A stretch of DNA of 64,000 nt, taken from the NCBI GenBank assembly GCA_951406725.2, contig OX597814.1:76446001-76510000 (forward strand), written 5' to 3'. The translations under genes and the position numbers were made by a program. Origin of the DNA: Octopus vulgaris. Lineage: Eukaryota. Of the stretch, positions 26,690-38,268 are shown in pieces. The notes below the pieces were generated by a model. It was not told the origin of the DNA and did not search any database. It saw only the letters and a list, made by a program, of their open reading frames with translations. Positions within the stretch are counted from its first letter, which is position 1. Each line of letters opens with the position of its first letter.

Positions 26690-26796
26690 CCCAGAAGCAT
26701 GAAATGACAAAAAAACATAAGGAGTTGCTTCAAGCCTGTGAAAACAAACCTCACAATTTACCTCTGGTGCAAGCTCAAGTGGATCGTGAACGAGAG
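26690..26796 (+). CDS. DGCR6: DGCR6 homolog, coding exon 3 (not in the ORF track)
   Basis: Acceptor TTTCCTTAG at 26689; (A)QKHEMTKKHKELLQACENKPHNLPLVQAQVDRERE, comparable to vertebrate QACRPHNLPVLQAAQQRELE; donor GAG|GTAAAT at 26797 (phase 0). Confidence 0.92.
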
Positions 26797-27158
26797 GTAA
26801 ATCAGTTACTTCCCTCTCTATTATTGATTAGCTATTAGTTATTTCATTATCTCAATGTCACTGGTTGCACTTCATATTATAAACCAGAAAAGAAATTACA
26901 AGATATCTGGTGCCACTTTTATATGCAGTCTACCTGGCCATTTACATTTTATCATGCAATCTAACCCTCACCTTAATCATAAGCTAGATAAGGTCATTTC
27001 ATAGTGTAGACTGAAGTAGCATGAAATATCTATGCCCTTTTGTAACTCTATTACGTATGTCTGAGAGAGTGGTGTGTTGACAGAACCTTTAGAATATCAG
27101 ACAAATTACTTCACTGTATCTAATTTAAGCTCTTTTATGTTCTGAATTCAGATATATA

Positions 27159-27200
<42 letters not shown>

Positions 27201-27273
27201 AAAAAAAAATCAGGGTGAATACTTGATAACTGTAAGCACCTGTATATGCCAGTTAGTGGTGTAGGTGATAGGG

Positions 27274-27728
27274 TATATTTATCAAAAGAAAAACAGGATG
27301 CAAAGGATTTAGCGGTACATATGTTTCTGGCTTTATTGGACAGTTTATATCAATGCATAATTGATGTAACATATATGTCAATAGCCTTCTTCAGCCGCGT
27401 ACAATTACCACACCAAAGACATGTATTACATTATAGCAGGTTTGAGAAGAAGTTTGGGAAAAAGATGAGTTTCGTTGGGAATGCAAATCCTCATAGTCGT
27501 ATATGGCAAAGCGAGACACCAAAACAAAACGTCCATCGAAACTCGTCTTTTTCCCAAACTTCTTCTCAAACCTGCTATAATGTAGTACATGTCTTTGGTG
27601 TGGTAATTGTACGCGGCTGAAGAAGGCTATTGACATACATGTTACATCAATTATGCATTGATATAAACTGTCCAATAAAGCCAGAAACATATGTACCGCT
27701 AAATCCTTTGCATCCTGTTTTTCTTTTG

Positions 27729-27737
<9 letters not shown>
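27274..27737. mobile_element. Near-perfect ~205-bp inverted repeat (probable PLE pseudo-LTR pair) in DGCR6 intron 3
   Basis: 27274-27478 vs 27533-27737 are reverse complements with about 4 mismatches seen. This explains the twin ORFs 27246+ and 27391-. Flanked by (TA)n. Confidence 0.85.
27613..27699 (+). ncRNA. Type I hammerhead ribozyme candidate (mirror copy on minus in the left arm)
   Basis: Stem I GCGG(27613-16)/CCGC(27696-99); core CTGAAGA 27617-23; long stem II GGCTATTG..CAATAAAGCC; GAAA 27684-87; palindromic stem III ACATATGT; GUA triplet 27693-95. Confidence 0.72.
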
Positions 27738-27776
<39 letters not shown>

Positions 27777-27918
27777 TCATCATCATCATCATTTAACGTC
27801 CGCTTTCTATGCTAGCATGGGTTGGACGATTTAACTGAGGTCTGGCAAACCAGACTCCAATCTGATCTGGCAGAGTTTCTACAGCTGGATGCCCTTCCTA
27901 ACGCCAACCACTCCGAGA

Positions 27919-27966
<48 letters not shown>

Positions 27967-29042
27967 TCGTCATTTAATGTTTGCCTTCCATGCTAACATG
28001 CGTGGGACGGTTTCACAAGAGCCAGCCAGGCAGAAGCCTGCACCAGACTTCTGTGACTGTTTTGGCAGGATTTTTACAGCTAGATGCCTTTCCTAACACC
28101 AACCACTCAGCAGTGAGGACTTTGTGCTTTTTTGAAAATTTGCACTTAATCTTAAAATTTCTAAATCTGTGACAGCAACTAAAAAGATCTCTATCTCTTT
28201 CTTTTTTCACTTTTCTCATGGTAAACTTTCCCCCTCTCTATGCATTTTTAACATACTCTCTCCTACTCTTTATAAAAGTATATTGTTCACATTGAGTGTG
28301 TGTGTTTGTCAGTGTGCATGCATGCATGTCTGCAAAGAATTTCATTAGAGCGATAGAATGTTTTTAAAAAGGTATGTAAATGATAATTTATTTTAATAGC
28401 ATACTTTTCTGTTATTAAATGTTTTTCCTTACCACACACACACACACACACACAACCACACACACTTGATGTTGGATGGAGAAATTGAAAAATTAAATTA
28501 TTTAAAAATTAAATTGCAATGGACCACTCCATCATCATTCCAAAAGATGTGTTTATGGGGAGAAAAATATTGAAAAACATTATCACAGAGTGACAAAGAA
28601 ATGAGTAATGGAGCAGGTGGTCGTGGGATGTGCTAGAAACAACAGCTAAATCCCCCTTAAATCAAACAACTTTTCGTTTGAAAACTATTCAGAAATTGTA
28701 AACACAAACAAATTGCAAATTCAGACTGTCTGTATTTTGAAAATATGATTTCAAAATAAATTTGGAAAAAGCCAAAATTTTAGGATTTATGGAGGGGTGG
28801 AATTAATGAAAATATTAAAAAGGCTTTCGTTATTGCTTTTAAATTAAGTTTCATTTTCTGTTTGAAAATGAAGGAAGTGGGGATTGTGATTTGATTGCCA
28901 TTTCCAAAATTTTTTCTTTTTTTTAAACCTTCAAGTTTTCTCCCATTGTTTTTAAGTGCATATCTATCTATGTAAATATGTGTATATATGTGTAGCTCTA
29001 CATATATATATACACACACATACACATATGTATATATGCGTT

Positions 29043-29077
<35 letters not shown>

Positions 29078-29643
29078 CATTAAAAAAAAACAATTACATT
29101 TTCGCAACATATATAATTACATTTGTCCATATGTTTAATCAAATTGCCTTTAATATGGCCTTATTAGATTACAGTTAATGCAATGTGGCCTTCACACTTA
29201 CAAAATAATAATAATAATAATAATTTCTCAACACTAGTGTAGACCAGCAAATGTGACCAGCTTTGGTATGTTGTTTCCTTCATTGTCTTACATGTCTGTT
29301 GTTTTCATTGTTTAATTGTTTAGCCCCAGGTCAACACTGGTCAAGCAAATCTATGATGAATCATTCTGTCTTCTTCCTACATACAAGGAACCCAAGACCC
29401 ATGTTGTCTAAATTGTATTTTTTTTTAAAGACAATAGGATGTGATTCCAGAGAAATTTGGTTGCTATTTCTAGCAGGGTATTAGTGTGTGGTGGTACAAT
29501 GAAGGTAAAAAAGCTGTTTTTAGTCGGAGCATGATAGTTGCTGTTCTTCTTGGCAGTGTTGATTTTAATCCCAACAAAGTAAAACAAGATACAGTAATGT
29601 GAGTTTTATTTTTCAGTTCACTTTTGTATGGTGAGCTGAAATT

Positions 29644-29676
<33 letters not shown>

Positions 29677-29849
29677 ATATTTTGTTTAGACATAGTGATA
29701 CTAATAACCTGCTGTTTGCATTTTATGGTAGAAACAGCTGTGAGCTAATGAAGTTCATTCCATAATTCTTTATTCCCTTCTCATTTATTTTATTTCTACT
29801 ATATATATAAATGATGTAGCGCTCATGCCACTACATCATTTGTACATTG

Positions 29850-30235
29850 TAGAGCCTCTACCACCAGCATTGCCTAAACAACCTTAACATTAGATTCAGA
29901 ATTCATCAAAGGCCGAGGCCACATGCCCATACACCCTCAACACAATTCAGGCTCACAATGCATAAATTTACTGCAACAATTTCTTTTCTTCAACAGGCCC
30001 TACTCTATTTAACATTATCCCAAAACAAATCAAAGAAGAAAAAGATCCCATTGTCTTCAAGGGATACCAGATGAGCCACCTATACCTGGATACATCTCAG
30101 TCATCAACTCCCTGCTTGAATAGGCCATAATGCCACAAAATTTTACTTTAAAATGACTTGATAGATTCTATCAGGTGGTGCTGTTAAGTTAGACTTGCCC
30201 TGGGCCAACCTCTGGCTGAAACATATCTAAGTTAT
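29850..30235 (+). mobile_element. CR1/L2-group LINE 3' fragment
   Basis: Translates to NFFSSTGPTLFNIIPKQIKEEKDPIVFK...IPDEPPIPGY...NSLLE, typical of CR1-like ORF2 C-termini. Confidence 0.55.
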
Positions 30236-31794
30236 GTAAGTTGTACACACACATACACACACACGCACGCGTGCACGTGGTAGGCTGCTTTCAGTTTCCA
30301 TCTACTAAATCCATTTACAAGGTTAGATGTTTCGATTGTCTTGTTTACAATTTAATTCTCAATTCATACTGGAAGTCGATACCAATCCATTCAATTATAT
30401 TGTAGTAATACAACGAATTATATTACCGTTCCTAACAGATCAAATTTTTTAAATAGATTTTGTAGCTTGTTGATTTGATATGACTAATGGGTCACCTGTT
30501 AATTTGCGTTAAAACGGCTTCATTGCAGTGTAACCTAAACATAATTGTGTGACACCATCCGCATGATGAATAGTTGACAAGTGGATAGCAGGACCAACCG
30601 GTTGGCAGGTGGGGGAAAGAAAAACAGAAAAGGAAAAAAAAATTAGTTGATAAATATATTTGATATTTTTTCTTTGCGAAACGATGGGAGATAACTCTGG
30701 CCTTAGGTATCTTGCTGTGGTAGAAGTAAATGAATCTGTAAACGTGCAGAAATATCTATTTGCTGGCATAGAAAATTGAATTGTCTCCCGTTACAGCATT
30801 TAGTACTGCCATATCGCAAAGACTCGACTAATTGTAACTGAAGACAGCAAGGATGCCTATGCGTGGAGTTTCAACATGCTAAAAATAGAAACTAGGTTCC
30901 TTCAAAACAAAAAAATTCAACAAAAGAGAAACACAATGAACAGTGTAATTCTAGATATACTATACAAGAAGAGGCTAAATTGTCTTTGATCATAGGTCAC
31001 TCAATTAGGTTAAACAACCAATTGTAGCACTCCACTAATTACACTTCGTATGCTCTGTCTTCTTCCACAGACCGTCGTTGTGTGGTAAGAAGTTTGCTTC
31101 CCAACCTCATGGTCCTGAGTTCATTCCCACTGCGTGGCACCTTGGACAAATGTCTTCTACTATAGCCTTGGGCCAACAAAAGATTTGTGAGTGAATTTGG
31201 TAGACAAACTGAAAGAAATCCTTCGTGTGTATGTGTGTGTGATCATCATCATCATCATTTAATGTCTGCCTTCCATGCTGGCATAGGTGGGACAGTTTCA
31301 CAAGAGCCGACCAGGCAGAAGCCTGCACCAGACCTCTGTGACTGTTTTTACAGCTGGATGCCCTTCCAAACACCAACCACTTTACAATCTGGACTGGGTG
31401 CTTTTAAGTGGCACCTGCACTGACAGGATCACCAAGTACTTGCAAAACAAAAGAAACAAAAAATTTCAAGTTGGGAGGAGGTGATGGTGGAGGCATTGAA
31501 GGAGGTGATCTTGTGTTGAATGATGAAATGGTCATGTGTGTGTATATTTATGTGTGCATCTTTGTGTCTGTGTTTGTCCCCCATCTTCGTTTGACAATCA
31601 GTGTTGGTATGTTTACATTCCGGCAACTTAATGGTTCGACAAAAGAGACCAAGAGAGTAAGGACTAGGCTTACAAAGAATAAATCCTGGGCTTCATTTTT
31701 TCAACTAAAAAAAAATCCTTTAAGGTGATGTTGCAGCATGGCTGCAGTCAAATGACTGGAACAAGTAAAAGGAATATATATATATATATATATG

Positions 31795-32180
31795 AAGTGG
31801 GTGTGTGGCTTGCTTACCAACCACATAGTTCCGGGTTCATTCCCACTGTGTGGCACCTTGGGCAAGTGTCTTCTACTATAGCTTTGGGCCGACCAAAGCC
31901 TTGTGAGTGGATTTGGTAGACAGAAACTGAAAGAAGCCTGTCATATATATGTATGTGTGTGTATATGTTTGTGTGTCTGTGTTTCTCCCCCCAACATTGC
32001 TTGACAACCGATGGTGGTGTGTTTATGTCCCTGTAACTTAGCAATTCGGCAAAAGAGACTGATAGAATAAGTACTACGCTTACAAAGTATAAGTCCTGGG
32101 GTCGATTTGCTTGACTAAAGGCGGTGCTCCAGCATGGCTGCAGTCAAATGACTGAAACAAGTAAAAGAGAGTAAAAGATA
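31795..32180 (+). mobile_element. tRNA-derived SINE family B (others ~13060-13335-, 16800-17130-, 20270-20590-, 31075-31770+ split by an RTE tail, 40500-40917+, 44285-44670-, 47050-47275+, 53105-53480+, 62680-62895+)
   Basis: Recurrent unit GGTTC(A)NTCCCACTG.GTGGCACCTTGGGCAAGTGTCTTCTACTATAGC...(TG)n...CAGCATGGCTGCAGTCAAATGACTGAAACAAGTAAAAG. Confidence 0.8.
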
Positions 32181-32190
32181 TATATGTATA

Positions 32191-33344
32191 ATAGTGGGAT
32201 AGGCCAGTTTATGGGGTTACCCCAGGTTCTTGCCTTACAGTGTATCTTCAGACCCCCAGACACTGAGACATCTTTAAAATATGAAGAGGGTAAAGCCTCA
32301 TTTTTTAAGGGTAAAATCCTAGGTGATTATCTCCCTTCGCCATTGTCCATCAATCTTCGGCAACAACAGCAGAACTGGCAGTGGTGATAGCACTAGCACT
32401 ACCACATCGTCCACCAGCACCAGCAGCCCTGACTCCATCAACAATAACAGCAACACCGGTGGCAGTGCCAGCAGCAGCAGTGACAACAGCAACGATGACT
32501 GCCCCATAGGCAACACCTGCAGGGACGATAATATAACTGGTACCAACACCACTCCCAGCGATGCCAACACCAACAGCAGCAGCGACAACACCACAAGCAG
32601 CATCAGTGGCAATGGTAGCTGCAACAGCACCAACAACAGCAGCAGGCACAAAGACAGTAGCAAGAGGTGCAGTGGCAACGGTAGCAGCAACAACAGCAGC
32701 ACCTACAACAGCAACAAGCACAACAACATCATGCACCCACGAAAGTATGTGGAGTGCACTGGGAACTCTCTCAAACAGCATATTTCCAATCATCTATCCA
32801 CCTTCAGAGCCTCAGAAAAGAATGTAACATCGCTGGCCAGCCATATCTGGTAATTATGAGATTAAGAGATTGCATGAAAAATACTCGAGAACCCAGGCCC
32901 CTACATCAATGGGACTAAATGATGCACATTATGCATTACCAAACGCTTGAGGATCCTTAAAGACTCGCTTGTACCAGGATGCATCCTGAACTCTTGGATG
33001 GAGATTTTCAGACCATGCTTGCATTTTAAAATATTCCTGTTGGCCTTTTGGAATCCACATGGCGGCACTACAGCCAGAAACCAATAGCAAAGGCTGAAGT
33101 AAGACAATCATTTACTTCTGTGGTGCTTTAGTGACCACAAGATGGCAGCATGGCCAAAGATCAATGGACAATGGCGAAGGGAGATAATCACCTAGGATTT
33201 TACCTTTAGAAACGAGGCTTTACCCCCTCTGTATTTTAAAGAGGTCTCAGGCCAGCAGTGTTTGGGGTCTGAAGATACACCATAAGGCTAAATCCTTTAT
33301 GAGCGAAACCCAGGGTAACCCCATAAACCGACCTACCCCACTAT
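32191..33344 (+). mobile_element. Penelope-like element remnant: GIY-YIG C-terminal half between inverted pseudo-LTRs, in DGCR6 intron 3
   Basis: 32740-33060 reads KYVECTGNSLKQHISNHLSTF...TSLASHIW*L...KILENPGPY...CTLCITK...ILNSWMEIFRPCLHFKIFLL, matching the PLE pattern YIG.T..FK.R...H..SF...T.LS.HIW...PY...C.LC..EK...LN.R.E...C.H..KFLL. Arms 32191-32361 and 33153-33344. Confidence 0.85.
33263..33323 (+). ncRNA. Type I hammerhead ribozyme candidate
   Basis: Stem I TGGGGT(33263-68)/ACCCCA(33318-23); core CTGAAGA 33269-75; stem II CATAAGG/CCTTTATG; GAAA 33305-08; stem III ACC-CAG-GGT; GUA triplet 33315-17. Confidence 0.7.
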
Positions 33345-34093
33345 AGTATTAACTGCTCTACATCTTAGAGTGTGCTTCTCCTCCAGGTTTATGTATTTTT
33401 ACAAATTATCCTATATATATATACATATTACTACTTGTGTTTAAAACAAAAATATAATTTTCTTACCTAATCATAAGGCCTCAATTTTATAGATTAGTGA
33501 AAAATTAAGACAGCTTGATGTATATACCTTTCTAAGAAGTATCATTGATATAAGAAATGTAAATATAACTTGTGACTCTGTAATGAAGAATTTACATTTA
33601 CATAGTTCTGTTTTCACTTTCACTGCACAACTCCTATCAAATGTTTTCCACCATGCCCTTAAGTTGATCCAAGTCCTCTGAGTGGAACTGAGTACACAAA
33701 AATTGCAGTGAATCCTGTTGGACTATACCTGATCTAAAACTAATCCATTTTGCAGTTTAATACCAACACCTGGGTTTTGGCTATTGTTTAGTTTCAGGTC
33801 AGCCTTGATTAAGGAAACCTATGATCAAAGGCATTTCAACCATGGCTATTCATTATATTTTTATATCAGGGACTTCATTGAACTTCTTTTTATAAATTAT
33901 AGGATATGGTTATTAAGGAGGTTTGGTTGTTATTTTTAGCAGAATCCACATTATTCAAACATTCAGACTTTGTCCCCTTTCTGAAATAATATAATATGCT
34001 ATTTCCTACTGCAGCAGTTCTTCCTCCTGTTTCTCCCTCCTGTGTTGGAGGTCATGCAGAAACTTTTTTTATTAGTTATGTATCTCTTTTCAG

Positions 34094-34303
34094 ATTATGA
34101 ATAAAAGAATTGAAGAAGAGTCCAAGAAAAAAGATATAAAGACAATTATGGAACTAGATCAGAAAGTAATGGACCAGCAAGTTACTCTGGAAAAAGCTGG
34201 TGTTCCAGGCTTCTATGTAACCAACAATCCTGCTGAAATTCGCCTACAAATCTACCTCTTAGAATTTATTGTGAGACTTCGAAACACTGAGTTACCAACA
34301 TGA
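34094..34303 (+). CDS. DGCR6: DGCR6 homolog, last coding exon
   Basis: Acceptor CTCTTTTCAG at 34093; IMNKRIEEE...[41 protein letters not shown]...TGA. The spliced CDS is 104+161+107+210=582 nt = 193 aa + stop. Confidence 0.95.
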   Translation: MMNKRIEEESKKKDIKTIMELDQKVMDQQVTLEKAGVPGFYVTNNPAEIRLQIYLLEFIVRLRNTELPT

Positions 34304-34332
34304 ATGTTAGATTGCTAGAACATTAATTAAGG

Positions 34333-34338
34333 AATAAA
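34333..34338 (+). promoter_or_regulatory. Candidate polyadenylation signal of DGCR6
   Basis: AATAAA 30 nt after the stop codon; the hexamer is common in AT-rich DNA, so this is weak. Confidence 0.3.
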
Positions 34339-35289
34339 ATTTACTTGGTAGAAGTGCTAAATAAGAGGAAATAATTATTCAGTAGAAAGAATCATCTAAT
34401 CTCAAATTTATTTTGCCAAACTCTGCAACTGGAAAAATGTATTCTCATCATTTCTTGGTTTTCTACCAAGGCTTATTTAAAAAATACTTTCAAAACTGGA
34501 TGCTGTAACAACTTCCACGTGTTTACTATTTGATATTTTTCTTTAACTTCAAATAGTAGCTCAAAACAATGTTTGGTTAGATTTATCATTAGAAAATTCT
34601 TGTTCACTAAATTTTTGTTTTTTTTTCAAATTTCATCATCATATCATTAAAACACATTAAAAACATATTTTCATTTAAAATTATTTATCTGTATTTTTTG
34701 AAAATCACATGTAGAAGCTAACTTCTAGAGTAAAGTAACTTCCCTTGCTTTTTCTAGATTTTGTGACAGTACATGAGTCCAACAATACAAGCAAATGAAA
34801 TACTCTTTATTATTGAAATGTCCCTTTTCTTAGAACAGTGAACTGCTGTGTTATGTTTATAGCTAGGTGGACTTGTTCATTAAGAGACACTTGATATTCA
34901 GTTTTGAATTGATTTTTTTATTTATCTTATCTACTGCAGCCTTCCTATATATCATCATTTAATGTTCTCCTTCCATGTTGGTATGGGCTGAGTGGTTTGA
35001 TAAGAGCTGGCGAGTCAGAAGACTGCACCAATATATTGTTTGCTTTGACATGGTTTCTGTGGCTGGATGCCCTTCCTAATGCTAACCACTTTAGTGTATT
35101 TCTTGCTTGTTATGTGATATTTACTAAGTAATTTGCAAGACAAGACCCCCTCAACTGAGGTGAGAGTAGTATCGAAGGTGGAGACTTTGTGCCAGATGAT
35201 GAGAGATTTGAGTATCAATGGAGTATGTATGGTTCGACCAAACCATCAGATGCTGTTATATTCCACTGGTCACTATGCATTTCCCATTC

Positions 35290-35760
35290 TGTCTTGATTG
35301 CACCATTCTTTTCCATCTTGACCCAAACTGACTAAATTGTTTTCCCATCGCCATGGAGGTCTTCTAAAAGGCCTTTTCTGATCTCTTGAATACCACTAGG
35401 CAATTGCACAGGTCTACCTGTTGTCTGTGAACCTTGCAACATGTCCAGCCCAGTGGAACCTGCGTTTTTGGTACTCTGCGATCACATTGTTCACTCTTCT
35501 CTGTTCTCAAATTATCTTGTTTCGAATGCACTTTCTTAATTATGTTCCTAGCATGGATCTTTCCATAGCCCTTTGCATCATAGCCAATCGATATTTTGTC
35601 TCCTTTGTAGTAGACCACATCTCACTAGCACATAAGAACACAAGTAAGATGGTGCTTTTGAGGAGTCTGGTATGTATAGCATTGTTTAATTTTGTTTGGT
35701 GTACACATTCTTTATTGAGTTAAATGTCTTCCATCCTGCTCTTATTTTCGTTGAGATTTC
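35290..35760 (-). mobile_element. Old RTE-like LINE 3' coding fragment
   Basis: Minus strand encodes FHWAGHVARFTDNR.T...W, a typical RTE C-terminus; heavily degraded. Upstream sequence to ~36900 may belong to the same element. Confidence 0.55.
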
Positions 35761-37081
35761 AGCATCGGTATCTTGATGTATATTTACTGTGTGCCCTAAG
35801 TGTGATTTTGAACATCTGGTGGGCAATATGTAGTATCAAGATGTCTTATGTGTACAATTTGAGTGCCATATACTGGATTTGAATATGACAGCAGGACCTG
35901 GGGTGTGAGGTCCTTGTGGATGTATTCTGCAACTCCACTCTCTTCTGTCCATTCATATTACAACATATTTTGGTATGTGTACTTTTGCATCCCCTACATC
36001 AGCTCTATCTAAGATGCATTTCCTCAAGTGCTTGATTGTATGCAGCAAGGTCTCTCAGGAAAGATATTTTTGTTTTGTAGTTGAGGTGCACCAAACCTTC
36101 AATGTTTCAAAGAAATATTGGTGTGATGCCTGTGTTGCTGTCAGTGGTAGCCATCCTTTATCTGCCAACTATGGTAGCCTCAAATAGTAATGGCAGTGGT
36201 TCCAAGTTTGTTCTTGATGTAGCCAGGTCAGCTGCTGCATAATTTTTTATGCCATGCACAAAAAAAAATTTTGTTCAGCTGCTGTTCTTTTCACATCTGG
36301 ATGAGGCTTGCTGTTTGGAGGTGTATACACTATGTCTGCATATCATCTTCTAAGAACCAACAATGTGAAATTTTTGTCCTTGTTCTCCTCTTGGAAAGGA
36401 GTTCTGTTTTTTGCCCATACAGTTTTGGCAAGACTTCTGATATGCAAAATGCCAATAGCTTCTTGCAGGTAAAATCTGCATACATTTCCACTTCTGCTTT
36501 TGTACCTCCTATTCCTTTTGCCCACATTGTTGGAGATTTTTCTGCTTTGCTCCAGAGTTTTTTTTTTTGTTTTACTCCTTGCTCATTGTTGTTTCTGGGA
36601 GTTTCTGTTTTGTCATTAATAAGTTTTTGCTTTCTTCCTTTTTCAAGCCTCTCATCTCTTTGACTGTCTACAGTGGTGAGGGCAGGACAGTATCAGTGTT
36701 TCCTTTGGCATTGTTCTTTCGATGGTCCACTGGGCCCAGGAGACTTTTCTTTTCCTTTTCACTTTCTCCATCCTTCTTATTAGTCTTGCTGTGATCATTT
36801 CCCAGAATGGCATCCAGGGTGTTGATGTGTGGTCTAATGGGAGCAGAGAAACAAAAAAATTCAAGTTTCTTCTACTCTATCTGGGCCATGGTTCTAGTGA
36901 AACCATTACACTTTAGTGCTGTCACAATGATGTTGTTTGGGGGATCTCTCTCTCTGCAATTTTCTCATAGAAATAATTGCAGTTCCTTGATTCTCCAATT
37001 TTGTGACATCTTTGCTGTATATATATAGAGAGAGTGAAAGAGGAAAGGAGACAGTGAGAAAAGGGATTGTATAAGTATGTA

Positions 37082-38268
37082 TCAGGTCATCCCATAAGTT
37101 CTGTCTGAATTTTGAATAAAGAAAACAAGTGATCAAATGTTATATGTAATTGAAATTTAATTATCAATGTACTTTCCCTGATTATCTATGACTTCCTTCC
37201 ATCTATTTACAAGCTTTTTAATCCCATCAATATAAAACTCTTTTGGTTTCACAGCGCAGAACTCTGAAATGTCAGTTTCGACCTCCTCCTGGCTTGCGAA
37301 GTTATGTCCCCCAAAATGATTCTGTAAACTATGAAACAAATGGTAGTCTGAAGGAGCAAGGACGGGAGAATAAGGTGGATGTGGAATTTTTTTTCCCAAC
37401 CAAGCTTTTCGATCTTCTGTGATGTGATCTTTGCAGTGTGGGGTCATGCATTGTCCTGATTAAACATCACTCCTTTTCGATTCACTAAAGCGGGTCTTTT
37501 TTTTTCAAAGCTTGGTTCAAATGCTCTAATTGCTAACAGTAAACTTGAGTATTGATTGTTGCATTAGGTGGTAACAATTCAAAGTGAATTACTCATTTTC
37601 AATCCCATGAAGTTCCCTTCTCGGTTGTGGTTGAGCCTTTTCCCTTTTACCAAGCCACTGTTTATGACGTTTAACATTTCGATAGAAGATCCATTTTTCG
37701 TTACCAGTCACAAGTCTATCCAAAAAGGGTGAAATGAGTTAGTGAGAATGGAGAGAAGAGCAAATGTCAACTCGGGATTTGTGGTTGCTTTTGGACAATT
37801 CATGAGGCACCCATTTTCCAAGTATAGGAACCTTTCCAAGTTATTGAAGATGATGATGAACAGTTGTATGGTTTGAACTAAGCTTTATTGCCAATTCTTC
37901 AACTGATAATGCAAGATTTTCTTGTTCAATCTTCCTCTTCAGGGCTGAAATCTTCACTTCTGAATTTTGCAAACCATTTTTTACAAGTTCTTTCATTCAG
38001 GTATTCTTTCCCATAAACTGAGTGTATGTTTTGAGTCACTTTGGCTGCAGAGTTTTCATTTTTGTACATTTTTGTGCCTTAAATGTTCTTTGGATACTTC
38101 CATATTAGAAAGGGTTTTAATCAAAGAAATTTTAATTCTATTATTCTGTAAAATAATATTTAATTAGTTAAAATGTACACAAATACATAGAAATATTTTT
38201 TTATTCCATTAGACATTCTAAAATACTATTAAATTTCATTCAATTTTTAAAAAGGTAAAATCGGACAG
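37082..38268 (-). mobile_element. Degenerate mariner transposon
   Basis: ORF 37157-37447 PHPPYSPVLAPSDYHLF...GIKKLVNRWKEVIDNQGKY; upstream LVTGNEKWIFY and WVPHEL motifs; TA-TCAGGTCATCCCATAAG TIR, other end partial. Confidence 0.88.

Noticed and set aside
27246-27792. Two ~130-aa ORFs on opposite strands with near-identical sequence
   Set aside because: Artefact of the inverted repeat; no recognisable protein motifs.
32319-32853. Overlapping Leu-, Val-, Ala/Thr- and Ser/Asn-rich ORFs resembling mucin or antifreeze proteins
   Set aside because: Trinucleotide low-complexity sequence is naturally stop-poor; only the + frame ending in the GIY-YIG fragment is meaningful.
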